NCBI RefSeq assembly: GCF_009914755.1
Contig: NC_060936.1
Source of the DNA: the human T2T-CHM13v2.0 reference genome, Homo sapiens
Strand: one strand, 5' to 3'
Length of the DNA: 64,000 nt
The notes below the pieces were generated by a model, which had not been told where the DNA came from, ran no database searches, and worked only from the letters and a program-made list of their open reading frames with translations. Below are positions 54,890-64,000 of the stretch, piece by piece (position 1 is the first letter of the stretch; each line of letters starts with the position of its first letter). The position numbers were made by a program, and so were the translations under genes.

Positions 54890-55095
54890 TATAGGGAGGC
54901 TCTACAGACCTGTGTTTAAATCCTGTCGCTGGCACCTACCAGCTGTGTGACCTTAGGCAACATACTTAGCTTCTCTGTGCCTCATACAAAATGAGAATAG
55001 TTCTAGTCCCATAGGATTGTTGAGAGGATGCGATGAGATGGTCTATGTAAAGTGCTTGGTGCATACTAAGTACTCCATGAATATTAAGGCTTAAT
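54890..55095 (+). mobile_element. MIR (3' half lies in the left arm of the inverted duplication)
   Basis: agctgtgtgaccttaggcaacatacttagcttctctgtgcctc...tatgtaaagtgcttgg. Confidence 0.8.
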
Positions 55096-56104
55096 TTATT
55101 TTAAATCCATGAGGTGTGTTATCCTTTACTGAGTTTCATTTGTGAATACTTACGGTGTGCAGGGCTTCCACTGACATTATCTCATTCCATGCTCACAGCC
55201 ACTCACAGTCCGGCTCCATGAATAGCCTTCTGTCCCAAAACATCTTCTCCATAGGGGAGAAATAGTATCATTCCAGCATGCAATCAACATGAAAAATGCA
55301 TTCATGAGATATTTTACATTCTGAGTCATTGGTAGGTCTTTGAAATTCGGTGTGTGTTTCACACTTCAGCACATCTCCATGTGGACTCCCCATGCTGCAA
55401 GTGCCTGATAGCCACACATGGCTTGCGGCTATTACACTGTACTGGACAGCATGCAGTTTGTCCTGAATGCAAACTTTCGTAAGTGTTGTCTGAGATCCCA
55501 AAGCTTCTCTCTCCAACAAGTCCTTCCCTCCACCAGGAAAGCTCCTGTCTGTCTGCAATCAGCCAGCTGCTCCCAATAAATCTGGAGAGCCACAGAAGGG
55601 TGGAGAGCTCCTCCTCATTCTACCTATGGAGGGCCCAGCCCAGGCACAGTCTCCACCAGGCAGTAAGAGGAGGGAGATGCTTGCATTGCCTTTTTAAGTG
55701 TCTGTCCTCTCCTCCTAGCTCAGCACCAAATGAGAAACACAAGCCTATGAAGCCAGCATCTCAGTATAAATACATAACCTTACACAGTGGCGTGATGGGG
55801 ATTGCAGCAAACCATGTTGCCCCATCTAAAAAATCCAACCCCAATCACCTTCTGTTGATTTGGTGCCAATTAGGACCATGCTATTAATGGAGCCGGACTA
55901 TGAGTGGCTGTGAGCATGGAATGAGATAATGTCAGTGGAAGCCCTGCACACTGTAGGTATTCACAAATGATTCTCAATAAGGATAACACACCCCACGGAT
56001 TTAAAATAAATTAAGCCTTAATATTTATGGAGTACCTAGTATGCACCAAGCACTTTACATAGACCATCTCATTGCATCCTCTCAACAATCCTATGGGACT
56101 AGAA
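55001..56104. repeat. Long inverted repeat: arms 55001-55226 and 55880-56104, 653-bp spacer
   Basis: Hand alignment: 12 mismatches plus one 1-nt indel over ~226 bp (~94%). Confidence 0.95.
55270..55455. mobile_element. MER33-like (hAT-Charlie)
   Basis: atgagatattttacattct...tctttgaaattcggtgtgtgtttcacactt...agccacacatggct...actggacagc. Confidence 0.7.
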
Positions 56105-56192
56105 GTCCAGTGTGGTAGACCAAATCCCACTTTTTCAAGTTAAGAAATTGAGATTGTTATATGAAATTTTCTGATGTTAGTGTTGGCTCAAT
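55785..56192. mobile_element. MER45-like hAT-Tip100 element interrupted by the right arm of the inverted repeat
   Basis: gtgatggggattgcagcaaacc...cccatctaaa | gtccagtgt...tttttcaag...ttatatgaaattttctgat...tgttggc appears collinear with my recall of the MER45 family across the insertion. Confidence 0.45.
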
Positions 56193-56197
56193 AGTTT

Positions 56198-57455
56198 TTT
56201 TTTTTTTTAAAAAGTAGACTTTATGTTTTTAGAGAAGTTTTAGGTTCACAAAACTGGGAAGAAAGTACAGAGATTTCCCATACACCCTCTTCCCCCACAC
56301 ATGCACAGCATCCCTCATTACTAACATCCCTCACCAGACGGTGCAGGTGCTACCATCAGTGAACCTGCACTGACAAATCACTACCAAACAAACTCCACAG
56401 TTTGCATTAGAGTTCATTCTTGGTGTTGTACATTCTATGGGTTTAGACAAATGTGTAATGACATTGATATGGTTTGGCTGTGTCCCCACCCAAATCTCAC
56501 CTTGAATTGTAAGAATCCCCACGTGTCAAGGGCAGGGGCAGGTGGAGATAATTGAGTTATGGGGGCAGATTGCCCCATACTGTTCTCATGGTAGTAAGTC
56601 TCACGAGATCTGAAGGTTTCATAAATGGGAGTTCCCCTGCACCACTTCTCCTGCCTGCCGCAATGTAATACATCCCTTTGCTCTTCCTTCGTCTTCTGCC
56701 ATGATTGTGAGGCCTCCCCAGTGATGTGGAACTGTGACTCCATTGAATATCTTTCCTTTATAAATTACCCAGTCTTAGGTATGTCTTTATTAGCAGCATG
56801 AGAAACTAATACAGGCAGGTATCTCCCATTTTAGTATCATACAGAATAGTTTCACTGCACTGAAAATCCTCTATACACTACCTATTTATCCCTCCCTCCC
56901 CAAGTCCCTGGCAAACACTAATCTTTTCACTGCCTCCATCGTTTTGCCTCCTCCAGAATGTCACATAGTGGGAAGAATACAATACGCAGCCTTTCCAGAC
57001 TGGCTTCTTTCACTTAATAATATGCATGTAAGTTTCCTCCATGTCTTTCATGTCTTGATAGCTCATTTCTTTCTAGTGCTAAATAATATTTTATCGTCTG
57101 GATGTACCAGTTTATTTATCCATTCACCTACTGAAGGACATCATGGTTGCTTCTAAGATTTGGCAATTATGAATAAAGCTGCTATAAACATCCGTGTGCA
57201 GGTTTTTGTGTGGACATAAGTTCTCAAGTCCTTTGAGTAAATATCAAGGAGCACAATAGCTGGACTGTATGGTCAAAGTATGTTTAGTTTTGTAAGGAAC
57301 TGCCACACTGTCTTCCAAAGCAGCTGTACCACTTTGCATCCCTGCCAGCAATGCATGAGTGTTCCTGCTGCTCCACATCCTCACCAGCATTTGGTATTGC
57401 CAGTACTCTGGATATTGGCCATTCTAATAGGTGTGTAGCGGTATCTCACTGTCTT
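56198..57455 (-). mobile_element. L1MC1-like 3' end containing a THE1 LTR
   Basis: agttttaggttcacaaaactgggaagaaagtacagagatttcccata...aataaagctgctataaacatccgtgtgcaggtttttgtgtggacataag. Confidence 0.85.
56465..56813 (+). mobile_element. THE1B/C-like solo LTR
   Basis: tgatatggtttggctgtgtccccacccaaatctcaccttgaattgta...ttataaattacccagtc...aactaataca. Confidence 0.9.
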
Positions 57456-57699
57456 TCAAATATATTTTGTTAAATACCCAATGAGCTCCCCTAAAAGGGA
57501 AAAAGAAAAGACTTCTACTTTAACCAACACTTCTGTTCTAGGATGGTGAAACTGACAGTGTTGTTCAGAGTAGATCTGCAAAGTAAGGTGCACAAGCTCC
57601 AAGGAAGTGCCAAATGATCCACTGGGAAGCAGGAAAATAATAGCACTTGGATTTGGGATTTGTGGTGTTCAAGTTCTGGTTTTGTGTATCCTGTGTATT

Positions 57700-58191
57700 T
57701 ATAATGCAGCAGACACCATGGGGCCATATGTCACAAACCTTTGGCTCACCGCAGTTTTGGCTGCAACCACAGTAGATGTTTGCATTAAGCTGGGTTTGCT
57801 TTGACAATGCCCCACCCCAGACTCACTCAACTTTCTGCCTTGTGCCCCAGGGCTTTGGCTTTTTGTAGCGCTTGTTCCACCTGTGCAGCCCCAGAAGTGC
57901 AGGGACATGGACAGTCCCGGGGGGCAAAGCTCCACTGGTGGGAGGCGGAAGCAGGTAGATAAACACCTTAGCTTCCTGTTCTCTGGACAGAGAATTCCAG
58001 GAGACAAAAAATCAAGCCCAGTGTCCACAGTGACAACCCACTCAGTAACCCATTATTATATTGATTTGCCTCTGTCCTGTATCTCTTACCCCAACTGCCT
58101 CACTCTTGCTACCTGGGACCACCTTCAATAAGCTATCTGTACCTAAGCAATTGTTACAGGCCCTGTTATAAGAGGAATGTGAACCAAGACA
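57700..58191 (+). mobile_element. LTR16-like ERVL LTR
   Basis: ccagaagtgcagggac...cttgctacctgggaccaccttcaataagcta...aaccaagaca. Confidence 0.6.
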
Positions 58192-58472
58192 GCATGCAAT
58201 AAATTAATACAGTCATTCATGGATATAGTTAAACATAAATAGATGTACATGCATTGGCAGTACATGTGCAAAAACAAATTTACTGATAATGGTATAGAAT
58301 AAAAAATGTGTAGATCATGCCTCTAGTGCATTCCATATGTGGAGATTAGAATGAGTCCCATGCAGGATGTTGTTGTTGTCGTTGTGTGAGTGTTGTGCTA
58401 TACTTTGTCACAGGAGCATACAAATTGCCCTACCTGTGGCTGAACATTTTTAGAGGACATGGTTTCTGGCAT

Positions 58473-59422
58473 ATTTTTTGACAATAGACTATTTTTTAGA
58501 GGAGTTTTAGGTTTATAGAAAAATCACACAGAAAGTACAGAGGGTTCCCATATACTCCCCTCCCTATCTCACCTCCCACACCTCCCTGTTATTAATACCT
58601 TTGCATTACTGTGGTGCATTTGTTGTGATTGATGAACCAATACTGATACACGTCCATAGTTTACTTTAGGGCCCAGTCTTTGTGTTGTACAGTTCCGTGA
58701 GCTATGACAAAGTTTTTTTTTTTGCTGTTTTCTTGTTGTTCATTTTTTAAGAAACAGGGTCTCACTCTGTTTCTTACTTACTTACTTCTGTCACCTGGGC
58801 TGGAGTGCAGAGGCACAATCATAGCTCACTGCAGCCTCGAACTCCTGGATTCAAGTGATCCTCCCATCTGAGCCTCCCAAGTAGCTGAGACTAAAGGCAT
58901 GCACCGCCACACCAGGCCAATTTTTTATTTTTTGTAGAGATGGGATCTCCCTATGTTGCCCAGGCTAGTCTCAAATTCCTGGCCTCAAGCCATCCTTCCC
59001 CCTTGGCCTCCCAAAGTGCCGGGATTATAGGCGCAAGCCACTGCACCCAGCCAGCTTTGACAAATGTGGAATGACAAGTATTCACCATTATGGTATCATA
59101 CAGGATAATTTCACAGCCCTGAAAATCCCCTGTACTCTGCCTATTTACCCTTCTCTCCCTCCTCCCAACCCTCTGGCAACCACTATTCTTTCCATTGTCT
59201 TTATAGTTTTGCCTTTTCCAGAATGTCACATAGTTGGAACCATCCTATACGTAGGCTTTTCATCTTGATCTTTCCCACTTAGAAACATGCATTTAAATTT
59301 TCTCCATGGCTTCTCATGGCTTGCCATGTCACTTTTGATTGATGAATAACATTCCACAGTGTGGATGTCCTTTAGTTTGTTTATCCACTTACCTCTTGAA
59401 GGACATCTTGGTTACTTTGCCA
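58473..59422 (-). mobile_element. L1MC/L1MD 3' end containing an AluJ
   Basis: atagactattttttagaggagttttaggtttatagaaaaat...ttttgccttttccagaatgtcacatagttggaa. Confidence 0.8.
58713..59053 (-). mobile_element. AluJ
   Basis: atcatagctcactgcagcctcgaactcctgg; TSD gctatgacaaa/gctttgacaaa. Confidence 0.9.
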
Positions 59423-59439
59423 TTTTTCATTTTAGGCTT

Positions 59440-59817
59440 GTTGTCTTTGTCATCTTGGGTTGCTATAACAAAATACCATAGACTGGGAGGCTTAAACAAT
59501 AGACACTTATTTCTCATCTCATAGTTCTGGAGGCTGGGAAGTCCAAGATCAAGGTGCCAGTTGATCCAGTTCCTGGTGCAGAATCTTTTCCTGGCTTGTA
59601 GACAGCCATCTTCTTGTGTCCTTGCCTGGTAGAGAAAGGAAGCTCCAGTGTCTCTTTCTCTTCTTATAAAGGTACTAATACCCTCATGAAGGCCTATACT
59701 CATGACCTCACCTAAGCCTGATTATCTCCCAAATGCCTCATCTCCTAATCCCAGTACAAAGGGGGCTGGGGCTTCAGCATATGAGTTTTGAGGGTATGCA
59801 AACATTCAGTCCACAAC
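59440..59817 (-). mobile_element. MLT1A0-like LTR
   Basis: gctataacaaaataccatagactggg...ttctggaggctgggaagtccaagatcaaggtgcc...aaacattcagtccacaaca. Confidence 0.85.
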
Positions 59818-60794
59818 ACTTGTTTTCCCCAAGTCTCCTGGGGGCCAGGCCAGGCTTCCAGCCCATGGGGTCCCCAGCCAGAGTCAGCCATACGCTCCCA
59901 GGAGGCATTGTACCCTCCCCATCCTGTCCAAGAAGGCCCCTCTGTCACTCATTCCAACAAACTTCCTGGAAGTCCCTCCTATCATTTTCCAGATAGACCC
60001 AAGTGTGTCTGAATGACTGTGGCAAAGCATCTCAAGCCCAACTTTAAAATAGCCACCCACACCACCCAGAAAGGGGAATGGGATGGAGAGATGTTCATGT
60101 TTCTGAGCTCCTTCTCCAAAAATCATGTTTTTCAAAGGCTACTGGGCTCTGATAAAATATAGAAAGCCATATGAATACACAATTAAAACATCAATAGTCA
60201 ATTGAGGATCACATAGAGAAAATCATTAAAGAGTGTGACTTTGGTCACACACACCTCACCTACCAACAGGGCAGGCCCCAGCCTGGGTTCCCTCTGCCGT
60301 GTTAAACCCAGCTCGACTGCCTCCACCACCAGCATCATCCCAGCTTCCCAATATATAGGGTGACAGCTCCCTGTCTCCAAACCAAAGGGATCATTCAAAC
60401 TCCAGACCACCATGACACAGTTACAGCTTTTTCTAGGCCCCATCTGGGGTTTCACATAGACCTTAGGAGGTTCTCTGTTGGTGTGTCAACATGTCCTATG
60501 ACACCCCTTGAGGACTTAGAAGGTCATAAAGTGTTAACTCTATAAGGATCTTTCTAGATCCTCTCTACCCAACTCTCTATTTTAGAGGAGAGTCCTCTGA
60601 AAGTCACATAGAAGAAATGACATGCAGTCACACAGTAAGTTAATAGCACAGGTTGAGCAAGAATTGATGCCCCAGACTCCTGGACAAGGATGATTTTCCT
60701 TCTTAATTTCCCCAACAATTAAGAAATAGAAAAGAACTGCTACCAACGTGCATTCTGAATCTCAGTTGTCAAGCTGTGTCATTGAGTAATCTTT

Positions 60795-61150
60795 TGGTTT
60801 AAGATAACAGGAAGTAAAATTAAACAATAAAGAGAAAAGGGAAGGATTCAGGTGTGGCTTGATCCAGGCACTTAATGCTGTCATCAGGATTCTTCTCTGA
60901 CTGCCTTACATAGTGTCGTCTTCATCCTAAAACTGGATATTCCTGAAGTCAACAAGAAAAATCCTAAACCTTACTCAGACTTGACCCTTTTCGTTACACA
61001 CCCAATCTAATCCAATCGCCAGGAAGAGGGATGGAATTACTGGCCCAGTGTGATTTGGGCCTGTCAGAGTCCAACCCTGCAGCTAAATATGAGCTGTGTC
61101 CTTCCACTCTAGCGGCTGCTGCCCAGCAATGAAAAGAGGGAATCAATGCT
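60795..61150 (-). mobile_element. Old MaLR LTR (MLT1K/L-like)
   Basis: ttcaggtgtggcttgatccaggcacttaatgctgtcatcagga. Confidence 0.45.
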
Positions 61151-61591
61151 AAGGGGGCTACCAAAGAGATCACCCTGCAGCCCTTCCCAAAGACTAAAGA
61201 ATAGCCTGAAGGTCTACAGGCATTGAGCTCTCTGTATCTTCATAAAATATTGACATGTTCCTGTTTTGTCTGACTCCCTAGGGTGAGTTTGCCTAAATCT
61301 GTAGGCAGACCCTTCCATGGAAATAAACACCACTGGCTTTCAGAGAATCAGTCTCCCCAAGCTGCTGATAGGCCTGGAATTAATCACAAAATTCCAGTCC
61401 CTTATTTTGCTCTTGTGGGCAAATAATGCGAAATGCCATAGACTTTTTGTTGGTAACTCCAACAAAGGGCTCTTTCCACAACCAGCTTCTGATTCATGAT
61501 TCCACAACTTTCTCAAGTGGAATGCACATTCCACTAAAATTCCAGGATGGCTAGGTGGATCGCCAGGCTCTCTGATCCACCTGAGAAGGTG

Positions 61592-61623
<32 letters not shown>

Positions 61624-61952
61624 GTGAGTCCCTCTCTCTTCTCTGTCTTGTTGCTCCTATAAAGGATTACTAAAATTTTTAAATAAATGCATCCTTTAAG
61701 CAAGTACATGGTTGTTGTGAAAACCTTAAGCAATAATACAGAAGCATAAAGAGTAAAATAGTTCAGGCCCTCTTTTTTCTCCCCCAGTCCCACCTCCTCT
61801 CCAGATTTGGACGCTGTCCACATTTTAGTATGTGTTCTTCCAGACATTCTCTTGTGCATTTATCTACAGCTGTATAGACACACATAAATATGCTCTTTTG
61901 GGTTTGGAGGTTTTTTTACTCACACAGTATTTTTAATATACATGTGTTTCTA

Positions 61953-62497
<545 letters not shown>

Positions 62498-62649
62498 CTA
62501 GCTTCTTGGCTCTTCCTCAAACACACCAGGCAGGGTCCTGCCTCAGGCCTTTGCGCTGGCGGTTCTCTGCCTGGAATGCCCAGATAGTCACACGTCTCTC
62601 TCCCTCACTTCCTAGTCTTTACTGGAGGACATTATGTTAAATGTCAGGA

Positions 62650-63410
<761 letters not shown>

Positions 63411-63859
63411 GATCCATAACAATAAAAACAAACAAAAATAACAAAAGCTACTACCTTGTCAATGAGACTTTCCCTAGCCACCTATCCAAAATCCCAAACT
63501 CTCCACCTAAATCTTCATTCCCCAATTCTGTTTTTTGTTGTTGTTGTTCTTCCTCACCACTTAACACTGGCTCATATATTTTCTGTCACCCCTCAACCAG
63601 AATGTCATTGTCCACCAGGACAAGGGTTTTGTCTGTTTTGTTTATTGCTCTGTCCCCATTCTGGATCAGCACCTGCACATACAAAGTGCTCAATAAACAC
63701 CTGTGGAATAACTGAACAAATGATGGTGGTGTGTAATTAGTACTACTCTTAGTCCTGTCTTACTAAAGAGGAAACTGAGGCTCAGAGGGAGGATGAGGAC
63801 ATGTATGGTCATAAGTCTTAACACACCAAATGCAAGTATTTTATCCCTCAAAGCCATCA

Positions 63860-64000
<141 letters not shown>

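Noticed and set aside
56198-59422. Two similar L1MC-type 3' ends ~2.2 kb apart as a possible local duplication
   Set aside because: Visible divergence and differing internal segments fit independent insertions of related subfamilies.
61597-61623. Isolated A27 run as a processed-pseudogene tail
   Set aside because: No convincing TSD and no recognisable upstream mRNA or small-RNA sequence.

Overview
Primate (human-like) genomic DNA, repeat-dense and apparently intergenic or intronic. It carries about 20 Alus (J, S and Y types), young L1PA 3' ends, old L1M/L2/MIR, MaLR/ERVL LTRs and DNA-transposon fossils. I can support no protein-coding gene, RNA gene or CRISPR array: the listed ORFs are repeat-derived or low-complexity, and I cannot name the locus. 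I did not find a clearly new gene-encoded system. The most unusual signal is structural, a series of locally templated copy events whose donors lie 0.4-3 kb away in the window. (1) A scrambled three-piece inverted insertion inside an AluJ (261-423) that duplicates a CTCF-like motif. (2) A ~23-bp inverted insertion in an L1MA (16201). (3) A 15-bp seed inside a ~1.08-kb polypurine repeat. (4) A 43-bp copy that supplies the splice acceptor of a well-formed 121-nt candidate exon (43429-43549). (5) A ~310-bp L2 duplicate framed by a fold-back inverted repeat (52900-53289). (6) A ~225-bp, ~94%-identical inverted duplication (55001-56104). A small CpG-rich, promoter-like patch near 37.1-37.35 kb plus the candidate exon hints at a lncRNA. 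Repeat subfamily names come from my recall of consensus sequences, repeat boundaries are approximate, and mismatch counts were done by hand.
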